A stretch of DNA of 16,556 bases from positions 1 through 16,556 of the forward strand of contig CAWZYQ010000083.1 in assembly GCA_963966275.1 (NCBI GenBank). The letters are read 5' to 3'. Position 1 is the first letter of the stretch; every line of letters starts with the position of its first letter. This DNA comes from an uncultured Cytophagales bacterium (GTDB lineage Bacteria > Bacteroidota > Bacteroidia > Cytophagales > Cyclobacteriaceae). The translations under genes were made by a program, and so were the position numbers. The notes under the pieces were generated by a model. It was not told the DNA's origin, did not search any database, and saw only the letters and a list, made by a program, of their open reading frames with translations. Below are positions 1 to 7,545 of the stretch, piece after piece.

Positions 1-28
1 TAAGTAGAACAACTATTTGTCGGGTTAA

Positions 29-1786
29 TTAAATCCTTGCCTGGTAGGTATAAAGGTCGTAATAACGGCCTTTTTGTGCGTAAAGGGCTTCGTGGTTACC
101 ACGTTCAACTATTTTGCCTTGCTCTACTACAAGTATCTGATCGGCCTGCCGGATGGTACTCAAGCGGTGTGCAATAACCAATGTAGTACGGCCTTTCATC
201 AGCTGGTTCAAACTTTTCTGTATATAGGCCTCACTTTCGGCATCCAGGTTGGAGGTAGCTTCATCCAGGATCAGGATCTGCGGATCGGCCAAAATGGCCC
301 GTGCGATGGCAAGCCTTTGTCTTTGTCCACCTGAAAGCTTGACCCCTCGTTCGCCGATCAGGGTATTTAATCCATCATCAAAGCGGTCGGTAAATTCATC
401 CACATACGCCGCTTTAATGGCATTTTGCAGTTCGTGCTCACCGGCATCGGGGCGTGGGAACAGGATGTTGTCCCGTATGCTTCCTTCAAACAGGAAATCA
501 TCCTGCAACACCACTCCAAGGTTTTGGCGATAACTTTCCAGGGTCACTTTCGACAGGTCCTGCCCATCAATGCTAACGATTCCCTGCTGCGGTGTAAGAA
601 AGGAGGCAGCAATGCTGGCAATGGTGGTTTTACCCGAGCCCGAACTACCCACCAGGGCGGTCACTGTGCCGGGAGCGGCGTCAAAACTGATATCGTGGAG
701 CACAGGCTTATCAGCTTCATACGAAAAAGATACCGCTTCAAAAGCCAGGTCGCCTTTTACCTTTTTCAATTCAACAATCCGCTGTTCGTTTTCATTTTCC
801 ATCTCCAGCGCCATCACCTCCTCCATGCGGTCAAGCCCGGCAAAAGCTTCCGTGATCTGGCTGCCAATATTGCTCATCTGCACGATAGGGGCAATCAAAA
901 AGCCCAGGTATAAGGTAAAAGCGAAGAAGTCACCGATGGTCAGCTCGTCCTTGATGATCATATATCCGCCAATGCCCATGATGCCCACGCTGGCCAGGCC
1001 AAGCAATAGCGTAGCCGAGCTGGTCACCAGGCTGGTGGTGGTCAGGCTGCTTTTCACATTTTTAAACAGGCGGTCCACCCCATCGGCAAACGTATCGGAT
1101 TCCTGGTTTTCAGCATTAAAGCCTTTGATGACCCGTATCCCGTTCAACGATTCGGTCAACCTTCCGGTCACGTCGGCATTGATCTCGCCGCGCTTACGGA
1201 AAATGGGGCGGATGTATTTAAAAGCTTTTAGGGATATGAGCCCGAAGATCAGGAGCGGAATGATGACATATAGTGTCAGCATTGCACTGATGTTGATCAA
1301 TATTACCAGGGATACTACAGCAGTCAAAACGCCTCCCACCATCTGTACAAGTCCCGTTCCGACGAGGTTGCGCACCCCTTCCACATCGGTCATAATACGG
1401 CTGACCAGTTCGCCGGCCCGTGTATTGTTGAAATAGCTGATCGGTAAATGAATGATATGCCGTTGTACCTGAGCCCGCAGTTTGGCAATCAGGTTTTGCG
1501 CCTCCACGCTTAACAGCTTGGTCAGTAAATAGGAGGTTACGGATTGTATGATCAAGGCCACGCTGACCCCGATCAATAATAATTTCAGGAGCGAAGTATC
1601 TTTGTTGGCAATCACGTCGTCGATCAGGATCTTGCTGGCGCCGGGCAGGGCCAAACCTGAGAGCCGGTTGAAGATGATCAGGACAAGCCCCAACAACAAA
1701 AGCCCTTTGCGGGGCCATATGATGTTTCTAACGACATATTTTAAGGAAGAGGCTTTGGCGCGCTGGTTTTGGTTTTTAGTACTCAT
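29..1786 (-). CDS. ABC transporter, fused permease/ATP-binding protein (type I exporter, MsbA/ABCB-like)
   Basis: 585-aa ORF. The N-terminal half has about six hydrophobic helices. The C-terminal NBD carries Walker A GSSGSGKTT, the ABC signature LSGGQRQR, Walker B ILILDEATS and an H-loop (VIAHRL). The gene runs off nothing; its stop is at 29-31. Confidence 0.9.
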   Translation of the reverse strand: MSTKNQNQRAKASSLKYVVRNIIWPRKGLLLLGLVLIIFNRLSGLALPGASKILIDDVIANKDTSLLKLLLIGVSVALIIQSVTSYLLTKLLSVEAQNLIAKLRAQVQRHIIHLPISYFNNTRAGELVSRIMTDVEGVRNLVGTGLVQMVGGVLTAVVSLVILINISAMLTLYVIIPLLIFGLISLKAFKYIRPIFRKRGEINADVTGRLTESLNGIRVIKGFNAENQESDTFADGVDRLFKNVKSSLTTTSLVTSSATLLLGLASVGIMGIGGYMIIKDELTIGDFFAFTLYLGFLIAPIVQMSNIGSQITEAFAGLDRMEEVMALEMENENEQRIVELKKVKGDLAFEAVSFSYEADKPVLHDISFDAAPGTVTALVGSSGSGKTTIASIAASFLTPQQGIVSIDGQDLSKVTLESYRQNLGVVLQDDFLFEGSIRDNILFPRPDAGEHELQNAIKAAYVDEFTDRFDDGLNTLIGERGVKLSGGQRQRLAIARAILADPQILILDEATSNLDAESEAYIQKSLNQLMKGRTTLVIAHRLSTIRQADQILVVEQGKIVERGNHEALYAQKGRYYDLYTYQARI

Positions 1787-1864
1787 TTAGCAACAAATGG
1801 ACATTGTACCATATTACGGAATACCCCATTAAAAGATTTATAATGTGGCAAAAAATATTGATTG

Positions 1865-3397
1865 TTATTCGTCTTCAGTATCCATAACCTTGTATCCTAC
1901 ATTATTTTCCAGCATTTGTCGAATGGTTTTCAGTTCCTTTTCCATACGGTCTGCCGCTTCATTAAGACGAGTCGCGATTTCGGCTGGTTCTCCCTTGAGG
2001 CCGGTTAATTGAAGCAGGTTGATCAGGCCCAAAATACTGGAAACGGGGGCCCTGAGTTTGTATGTGTTAAGAAACAAATACCTGGCGATTGTTCGGTTTT
2101 TATCTTTGAGCTGTTCCGTACGTAGTAGTACCTTCAGTTCTAATTGTTCGTTGAGCGATTTAAGCTCTTCTGCTTGTTGTTCTATTTCAATTTGATTTGC
2201 CTCAATATGCCTGTTTTTTGTTTTCATTTCCTCGTTAGCTTTTTGTAGTATGTTGTGGTTGCGAATTAACATCCAGGTTAATCCTCCTAATACGATAAGA
2301 AAAGTGGTAATGCCCAATATGAACATGGATTGAGTACGTAATCGTTGCTGGCTTTGTTCCTGAAGGCTTTTCAGTACTTCATTTTCCTTGGTGTTTATTT
2401 TCGACCCATAGGATGCCTTTAAAAAATTGATTTGCTGATTATTGATCGAATTGAATAAAGAATCGCGAATGGCGATATGCTTTTTATAGTTGTCAAGCGC
2501 CAATTTATTTTTACCCATATCTTCATACACTTGGGAGGTCTTTTTGAATGCTTTCAACAACAAGTCTTGCGCTTTTGAATCTTCAGCATTATCCATCGCT
2601 TTGAATAAATATGATAATGCTTCCTGAAATGTGCCCTGTGCTTTGCAGGCATCTGCCAGGTTGATATAAGACATCACTATACCACGACCATCTTTCAAAG
2701 ATTCCCGCAGCTTGAGCGATTGCTCGAAATAAGTTCTTGCCTGAACAATGTTGTTTCGCTGTAAAGCTATCTTGCCCAGGCCTTCGTAGCTGTATGCAAT
2801 AAAGCGGTCATTTCCCAGTACTTTGGCTTTTTCAAGCCCTTGATTGTAGTATTCATAGGCACTTTCAAGAGCGTCGAGTTGAAGATAGCTTTCTCCCAGA
2901 TTATTGAGGAGTAGCGCCTCAATATCAGCCATGGTACTGTCTACTACTTCATGTGCCCTTAATTGATATTTTAAGGCCTCATCCGTATTTCCAAGTTTTT
3001 TATATGCCTCAGCTATATTGTTTAAGGTAACGGCGACGCCCCTTTGAAAATTGGTTTGTTCATATATGCGTAGTGCGGAATAATAATAATCAATCGCCTG
3101 GTTGTAGTTTCCCTGTGAACGGTAGGCGCTACCCAGGATGGAAAGGCTTCTGGCTTTTCCCTTTTCGTAACCAATTGAATCTGCTATTTCAAGGGCGCCT
3201 TTAGCCTGCATCAATCCTTTTTCAGGAAACTGGTTGAGTGATGAAAAGGCCATTTCATTTATGGCATCTACCTTAGCGATGCCCGATGAAAGATCGGCCG
3301 GGCTATTGTCAGAGGCCGGGTCAGACTGCACAATGTGGCCGGTAAGGCCTATTATTATGAAAAAGGCTACGAGTACGTTGCCAAAAAAACGATTCAT
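1865..3397 (-). CDS. Signal-peptide/TPR-repeat/single-TM/coiled-coil protein with a C-terminal HisKA-like (DHp) domain lacking the conserved His (Tyr instead) and lacking an ATPase domain
   Basis: The ORF extends to 3421, where the upstream start is GTG. The ATG at 3397 gives MNRFFGNVLVAFFIIIGLTG, a typical signal peptide. Several TPR-like repeats follow (AYRSQGNYNQAIDYYYSAL, AEAYKKLGNTDEALKY, YEGLGKIALQRNNIVQARTYFEQSL, etc.). The TM helix is MFILGITTFLIVLGGLTWMLI. A heptad-rich coiled coil follows. The C-terminus YLFLNTYKLRAPVSSILGLINLL...RMEKELKTIRQML aligns to the HisKA consensus (..sHELRTPLtaI.g..eLL) with Y at the H position. The Y codon TAC is at 2060-2062. Confidence 0.8.
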   Translation of the reverse strand: MNRFFGNVLVAFFIIIGLTGHIVQSDPASDNSPADLSSGIAKVDAINEMAFSSLNQFPEKGLMQAKGALEIADSIGYEKGKARSLSILGSAYRSQGNYNQAIDYYYSALRIYEQTNFQRGVAVTLNNIAEAYKKLGNTDEALKYQLRAHEVVDSTMADIEALLLNNLGESYLQLDALESAYEYYNQGLEKAKVLGNDRFIAYSYEGLGKIALQRNNIVQARTYFEQSLKLRESLKDGRGIVMSYINLADACKAQGTFQEALSYLFKAMDNAEDSKAQDLLLKAFKKTSQVYEDMGKNKLALDNYKKHIAIRDSLFNSINNQQINFLKASYGSKINTKENEVLKSLQEQSQQRLRTQSMFILGITTFLIVLGGLTWMLIRNHNILQKANEEMKTKNRHIEANQIEIEQQAEELKSLNEQLELKVLLRTEQLKDKNRTIARYLFLNTYKLRAPVSSILGLINLLQLTGLKGEPAEIATRLNEAADRMEKELKTIRQMLENNVGYKVMDTEDE

Positions 3398-3570
3398 ATT
3401 GGTATTAATTTGAGTCAGCACATGGGTCTTTCGTTAACGGCTCCATGTAGTTATGTTACATTTAAATAGTATATTGCGCTAAATTAAAACACAATATGAA
3501 TAATAATAACTAATTAATAAAATAAATTCTTGAAAAAGTACATTTAGTTTGAAGGAGGTGCCGTATTAAA

Positions 3571-3888
3571 TTAATATTTTGGTACCTCAGGATCAATTTC
3601 ATCCGACCATGCAAGGATGCCACCTTTCAGGTTATACAGGTTATCCAATTTATGATTTTGTTCCAGATATTGCACTATATTGGCGCTTCTTTTGCCCGAA
3701 CGGCAGTGGATGATCACTTTTTTATCAGTGGCAATTTTGCTTACATTTTGCGGAACCGTGTTCATCGGGATAAACTCACCGCCGATATTGGCAAAATCCC
3801 TTTCGTTTTGCTCACGGACATCAATAAGTTGAAAGTCTTCACCCTTGTCGATCATTTCCTTCAGGGTTTTCACATCAATTTCTTTCAT
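3571..3888 (-). CDS. Single-domain rhodanese-like sulfurtransferase (GlpE/PspE-like)
   Basis: Active-site loop IIHCRSGKRSANIVQY has the catalytic Cys in a CRSGKRS context. Length is about 105 aa. The ATG at 3888 is preferred. The ORF-track start at 3921 is a TTG that adds 11 residues. Confidence 0.8.
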   Translation of the reverse strand: MKEIDVKTLKEMIDKGEDFQLIDVREQNERDFANIGGEFIPMNTVPQNVSKIATDKKVIIHCRSGKRSANIVQYLEQNHKLDNLYNLKGGILAWSDEIDPEVPKY

Positions 3889-3953
3889 GTTTTTGTTGTT
3901 TGGGTTACCAATAAAAATCAATCAACCTTGCAATTGTTTCAGTAACAAAAGAC

Positions 3954-4328
3954 CTAGCCTTTGATTTCACCGTAATTATTGGAAACTGCAATTAGTACGT
4001 CGTTGGCCACACCTCTGTTGTATTCAAATGCCATATTCTGGTAGTTGATCAGGTCTACAATGGAACCGATAAAACAAAGGCCAATGGTGAATAAATAGAG
4101 TAAGCCAAGACCAATTTGATTCACCACGAAACGCTGCAAACCGGGCAATAGAAACAATCCGCCAAGGGCCGAAAGCAAGACTAATTGCGGGTCGCGTCTT
4201 CGTGCGCGATATATATTGGCAAATACTTTCAAATCTTCTTCACTCATTCCTTTTGTAATTTCATGAATATACGCCAGCTCCTGCTGCTGTAATTCCGGAA
4301 ATAATTCTATCATTCGTGCCATATTCAT
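3954..4328 (-). CDS. TM2 domain-containing membrane protein
   Basis: 124 aa. A cytoplasmic N-terminal segment of about 50 aa is followed by two hydrophobic helices. They are separated by a short Gly/Pro-containing turn (LSALGGLFLLPGLQRFVVNQIGLGLLYLFTIGLCFIGSIVDLINY), as in PF05154-type TM2 domains (assignment from memory of the family). The ATG at 4326-4328 lies 2 nt after the stop of the upstream gene. Confidence 0.65.
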   Translation of the reverse strand: MNMARMIELFPELQQQELAYIHEITKGMSEEDLKVFANIYRARRRDPQLVLLSALGGLFLLPGLQRFVVNQIGLGLLYLFTIGLCFIGSIVDLINYQNMAFEYNRGVANDVLIAVSNNYGEIKG

Positions 4329-4330
4329 AT

Positions 4331-4639
4331 TTATTTAGATTTAGATAAATTCTTTTGAAAAATATTGAGGGTTAGTTGTCCCCAGCGAAAAGTAATAATG
4401 ATCAAGGCCGGTATGCCAAGGGCATGCATCTCAAAAGACTCCATGATACTGCCATTCATAAGCAAGGCAATAGACCTGCCGAGCCCACAACCCGGACAAA
4501 AATCAAATCCCATTTGAGCAATCGGACAAATGGTGAAATGCGTTGCACTATGTGGATCGGTAAACGTAAGCGCCGCCAAAGCAACCGACCAAAAGCGCCA
4601 CTCCATATTTATTCGCAACCATTTCATTGTATTTCTCAT
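4331..4639 (-). CDS. DUF2752-like membrane protein (CPxC...CPGCG motif)
   Basis: The motif TICPIAQMGFDFCPGCGLGRS matches the CP...CPGCG signature remembered for DUF2752 (PF10825). Four predicted hydrophobic segments. Start is uncertain: the ORF track starts at a TTG (4672), and in-frame ATGs lie at 4639, 4627 and 4606. The stop at 4331-4333 is 2 nt from the TM2 gene start. Confidence 0.6.
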   Translation of the reverse strand: MRNTMKWLRINMEWRFWSVALAALTFTDPHSATHFTICPIAQMGFDFCPGCGLGRSIALLMNGSIMESFEMHALGIPALIIITFRWGQLTLNIFQKNLSKSK

Positions 4640-4672
4640 TGATTTTTGTGGTTTACTTCTTCTTTGATGCAA

Positions 4673-4791
4673 GCCAGAAGGAGTAGGTTACAAATTTGTT
4701 CAATTTATGTTTTTTCGGTTTTTTGAATAGCCTGTGGAAAAGTTTAAATTGATAGGTAACCAGAAAGTGTCAGCAGGCATCTAAGCAGTAC
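4673..4791. promoter_or_regulatory. Divergent intergenic region presumably carrying promoters for the DUF2752-TM2-rhodanese string (-) and the ECF sigma operon (+)
   Basis: 119-bp non-coding spacer between divergently transcribed genes. It contains a GGAAA...GTAAC stretch (tgtggaaaagtttaaattgataggtaacc) that could be an ECF-type -35/-10. No confident motif assignment. Confidence 0.3.
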
Positions 4792-5370
4792 ATGGATCGG
4801 AAAACCGAAAAAGAATTGTTGAAAAAGGCAAAGGCAGGTCATATTCCGTCGTACGAAGACCTGATGGCTGATTGCCGGAACAAAATTTATCAAAGCCTTT
4901 GTGCGTTGCTAATTAACAATACGGATGCGGAGGAAGTATTGCATGATGCCTGTATAAAAGCCTGGCAACAACTGCCCCGTTTTCGCGGAGATTCCCGCTT
5001 TTCAACCTGGCTTCATAAAATTGCCCGTAATGAGGCCCTTATGAGATTGAGAAGCTCTAAAAACCGGTTGAAGCATGAAAGCACACAGGAAGAGCTGCCG
5101 GTGGAAAAGATGGGTGAAACACGGTCTGCTTTTGATGCTTTGCGACAATATGACCGGAAGCTTTATCTTAAAAAGGCCATGATCAGATTGAAAAAGGATG
5201 AAAGAATGGCGCTCTCCCTCTTTTATTTTGAAGAACAATCCATCAGGGAAATTGAGGAAGCAACGGGCTGGTCCAATTCGAATATTAAAATATTGCTCTA
5301 TCGCGGCCGCAACAATCTTTATCGGGAATTGCGTACATTACTAAAAAATGAAGTGGAGGATTTGTTATGA
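4792..5370 (+). CDS. RNA polymerase sigma-70 factor, ECF subfamily
   Basis: 192 aa. Region 2 FSTWLHKIARNEALMRLR and region 4 HTH (SIREIEEATGWSNSNIKILLYRGRNNLYREL) are typical of ECF sigma factors. ATG at 4792. Confidence 0.9.
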   Translation: MDRKTEKELLKKAKAGHIPSYEDLMADCRNKIYQSLCALLINNTDAEEVLHDACIKAWQQLPRFRGDSRFSTWLHKIARNEALMRLRSSKNRLKHESTQEELPVEKMGETRSAFDALRQYDRKLYLKKAMIRLKKDERMALSLFYFEEQSIREIEEATGWSNSNIKILLYRGRNNLYRELRTLLKNEVEDLL

Positions 5371-5756
5371 AACAATTATGGAATAACGACGACTGGGTGA
5401 AAAACCAAATGAGAGACACGTTTGATGAAACACCGCAAGATCATTTTGCCGAACGTTTGGCCATGGCCTTGCGCCGAACGCCTCAAAAGGAAAACCTTCT
5501 CAGAAAGTGGAAGATCTGGCTTATTTCGGCAGGGATAATATGGTTTGTGCTACTAACCGGAATAGCTTATGGAATTGCACAGTCAGGATATTTAAGTCAG
5601 ATAAAGGGGCTCGAATCGTTTAATTCGTGGTGGCTCATAGCCGGCCTGGTGGCGGTATTCCTGTATTTCCGATCAATTGTTACCTTTGTTTTGATTTTGC
5701 TTTATAACAAATTAAAAAACCTTTCGAATGAAAATAGAACTCTCACGGCAGGATGA
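5367..5756 (+). CDS. Small two-TM membrane protein, putative anti-sigma factor
   Basis: ATGA start/stop overlap with the sigma gene (5367-5370). The 129-aa protein has a cytoplasmic N-terminal segment of about 45 aa and two TM helices (WKIWLISAGIIWFVLLTGIAYGI; WWLIAGLVAVFLYFRSIVTFVLILLY). There is no Zn-binding HxxxCxxC motif. The anti-sigma role is inferred only from position. Confidence 0.5.
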   Translation: MKQLWNNDDWVKNQMRDTFDETPQDHFAERLAMALRRTPQKENLLRKWKIWLISAGIIWFVLLTGIAYGIAQSGYLSQIKGLESFNSWWLIAGLVAVFLYFRSIVTFVLILLYNKLKNLSNENRTLTAG

Positions 5757-6147
5757 TGCTTATCATATGCAGGCGGTCAATGAGGATGGCTGTACCGTTG
5801 ACACTGATGGCGCTGAAAAGATCGGTGGCAGCAATAAGGGCATGCGGCCCATGCAACTGCTTCTGGTGGGAATAGGTAGCTGCAGTAGTATTGATGTGAT
5901 ATCTATATTAAAAAAGATGAAGCAGCCGTTGGAGGATATAAAGATCACCGTAACGGCTGAGCGTGAAGAGAATAAAGCCCCCGCTCTTTTTACAGATATA
6001 CATGTACATTTTCGGATGTACGGGGAAATGGATGAAGAAAAGGCGGAAAGGGCAGTACACCTTTCCATGGAAAAGTATTGTTCAGTTACCCGAATCCTGG
6101 AAAAAACGGCCAATATTACCTGGTCATACGAGCTCAATCCGTCCTGA
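5728..6147 (+). CDS. OsmC/Ohr-family protein (short YhfA-like subgroup), putative thiol-dependent peroxidase
   Basis: 139 aa. The two family-typical cysteines sit in their usual contexts (VGIGSCSSIDV and EKYCSVTRILEKTANITWSYEL). The ORF overlaps the end of the upstream membrane-protein ORF by 29 nt. The alternative ATG at 5767 would remove the overlap. Confidence 0.8.
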   Translation: MKIELSRQDDAYHMQAVNEDGCTVDTDGAEKIGGSNKGMRPMQLLLVGIGSCSSIDVISILKKMKQPLEDIKITVTAEREENKAPALFTDIHVHFRMYGEMDEEKAERAVHLSMEKYCSVTRILEKTANITWSYELNPS

Positions 6148-6188
6148 CTTCCATGTTAAAACCATTACTCTTTTAAAGAAAACCGCGC

Positions 6189-7370
6189 ATGAAGCCTTCA
6201 AAACATTTTGAAACGCGAGCCATTCGCACACAATCCGAGCGTAGTTCGCAAGGGGAACATTCGGCGCCTATTTATGCCACCTCCAGTTTCATATTTGAAG
6301 ATGCCGAGCACGCCAGGGCATTGTTTAGCAATGAAATTGAAGGCAACATTTACAGCCGCTACAGCAATCCGAACAATGACGAGTTCATTGATAAGCTATG
6401 CTTGCTCGAAGGCTGTGAAGACGGTATGGCCATGGCATCCGGAATGGCGGCCATGTTTACCAGTATGGCGGCATTTCTCAATCAGGGAGACCATCTGTTG
6501 ATCTGCCGGAGTGTTTTTGGTTCCACCCATCAGATCACGACCCAGCTTTTGCCACGCTGGGGCATCACGCATACCTACGTAGATATTGACCGACCGGAAT
6601 CGTGGGAAAGTGCGGTTGAACCCAATACCAAAATGTTTTTTCTGGAAACGCCTTCCAACCCCGGACTGGATATCATCGACCTGGGGTTTGCCTCTGCTAT
6701 TTGTAAAAAGCATGGAATAATGCTCAATGTTGACAATTGCTTTGCCACGCCTTATATTCAGCAACCCGCTTTGTGGGGGGCGGATATCGTCACGCATTCT
6801 GCGACCAAATTTATCGACGGACAGGGCCGTGTACTTGGCGGCGCTATATTGGGCCCAAAAAAAATAATTGAAAAAGTGAGGTTTTTTGCTCGACATACCG
6901 GTCCGGCCATGTCGCCTTTTCATGGCTGGCTTTTATCCAAAAGCCTGGAAACGCTTCCTGTAAGAATGGAAAAGCATTGCGAAAATGCTATGAACCTTGC
7001 CTTGTTCCTTGAGGAGAAAAACGGCGTCAATTGGGTGAAATATCCTTTTTTGCCCAAACACCCCCAACACGATATCGCAAGAAAGCAAATGAAGCTTGGC
7101 GGAGGCCTGGTGACTTTCGAGCTGGATGGCGGATTAAAAGCCGGTCAAAAATTCTGGGACAACATCCGGATGATCAGCAGGTCTTCTAATCTGGGCGACA
7201 CCAGAACCATAGCCACCCATCCGGCCAGCACCACGCACTCCAAACTAAGTGCTGAAGAACGGGCGGCGGTCGGCATTACGGATGGTTTGATTCGTATTTC
7301 TGTTGGTCTGGAGCACATCGATGACATCATTTCCGATATCAGTCAGGCGGTGGACCAGGCCGATGGCTAA
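6189..7370 (+). CDS. PLP-dependent Cys/Met-metabolism enzyme (O-succinyl/acetyl-homoserine sulfhydrylase or cystathionine gamma-synthase family)
   Basis: 393 aa. The family signature around the PLP-lysine is DIVTHSATKFIDGQGRVLGG. The remaining similarity to the MetB/MetZ/MetC gamma-family is from memory. The exact activity cannot be assigned from sequence. Confidence 0.9.
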   Translation: MKPSKHFETRAIRTQSERSSQGEHSAPIYATSSFIFEDAEHARALFSNEIEGNIYSRYSNPNNDEFIDKLCLLEGCEDGMAMASGMAAMFTSMAAFLNQGDHLLICRSVFGSTHQITTQLLPRWGITHTYVDIDRPESWESAVEPNTKMFFLETPSNPGLDIIDLGFASAICKKHGIMLNVDNCFATPYIQQPALWGADIVTHSATKFIDGQGRVLGGAILGPKKIIEKVRFFARHTGPAMSPFHGWLLSKSLETLPVRMEKHCENAMNLALFLEEKNGVNWVKYPFLPKHPQHDIARKQMKLGGGLVTFELDGGLKAGQKFWDNIRMISRSSNLGDTRTIATHPASTTHSKLSAEERAAVGITDGLIRISVGLEHIDDIISDISQAVDQADG

Positions 7371-7490
7371 CTCGAATCAACACCGCGCAATATGCGTACG
7401 ATCACAATTAGTTTCTGCCTGCGCAATGTGACAAGCGCACGTATCGAAAAAGCGTATATAAAAACCAGCGTAGGGTGAAGGGGTATTGGG

Positions 7491-7509
7491 AATGTGATAT
7501 TATCACATT
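7491..7509. promoter_or_regulatory. Perfect 19-bp palindrome AATGTGATA-T-TATCACATT, candidate operator
   Basis: Read directly: aatgtgatattatcacatt. It has two 9-nt arms around a central T. It lies in the non-coding region between the PLP enzyme gene and the cysH remnant, 37 bp upstream of the first in-frame ATG of the remnant. Confidence 0.4.
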
Positions 7510-7545
7510 AGAAAAATACTAATTTGATACGCGCTTAACCTGCCT

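Noticed and set aside
74-1790. Six + strand ORFs (74-334, 249-533, 425-913, 570-1436 [288 aa], 1218-1718 on the - strand in another frame, 1548-1790) overlapping the ABC exporter gene
   Set aside because: All lie inside or antisense to a gene with unmistakable ABC motifs. Their products are Ser/Arg/Pro/Thr-rich low-complexity strings typical of non-coding frames, with no recognisable domains.
3652-3945. 97-aa + strand ORF antisense to the rhodanese gene
   Set aside because: Fully overlaps a CDS with a clear active-site motif, and has no domain signature. Antisense artefact.
4376-4642. 88-aa + strand ORF antisense to the DUF2752 gene
   Set aside because: Basic, low-complexity product inside a gene with a conserved CPGCG motif. 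Artefact.
5002-6211. ORFs 5002-5238 (-), 5763-6137 (-), 5963-6211 (+) within the ECF sigma and OsmC genes
   Set aside because: Antisense or alternate-frame to well-supported CDSs. No motifs.
6208-7330. ORFs 6208-6501 (+), 6396-6923 (-), 7145-7330 (-) within the MetZ/MetB-like gene
   Set aside because: Alternate-frame or antisense inside a CDS carrying the PLP-lysine signature.
7491-7509. Canonical CRP/FNR binding site
   Set aside because: The TGTGA and TCACA half-sites are separated by 5 nt and the palindrome is centred on a base, rather than the even 6-nt spacing of CRP sites. Reported only as an unassigned palindrome.
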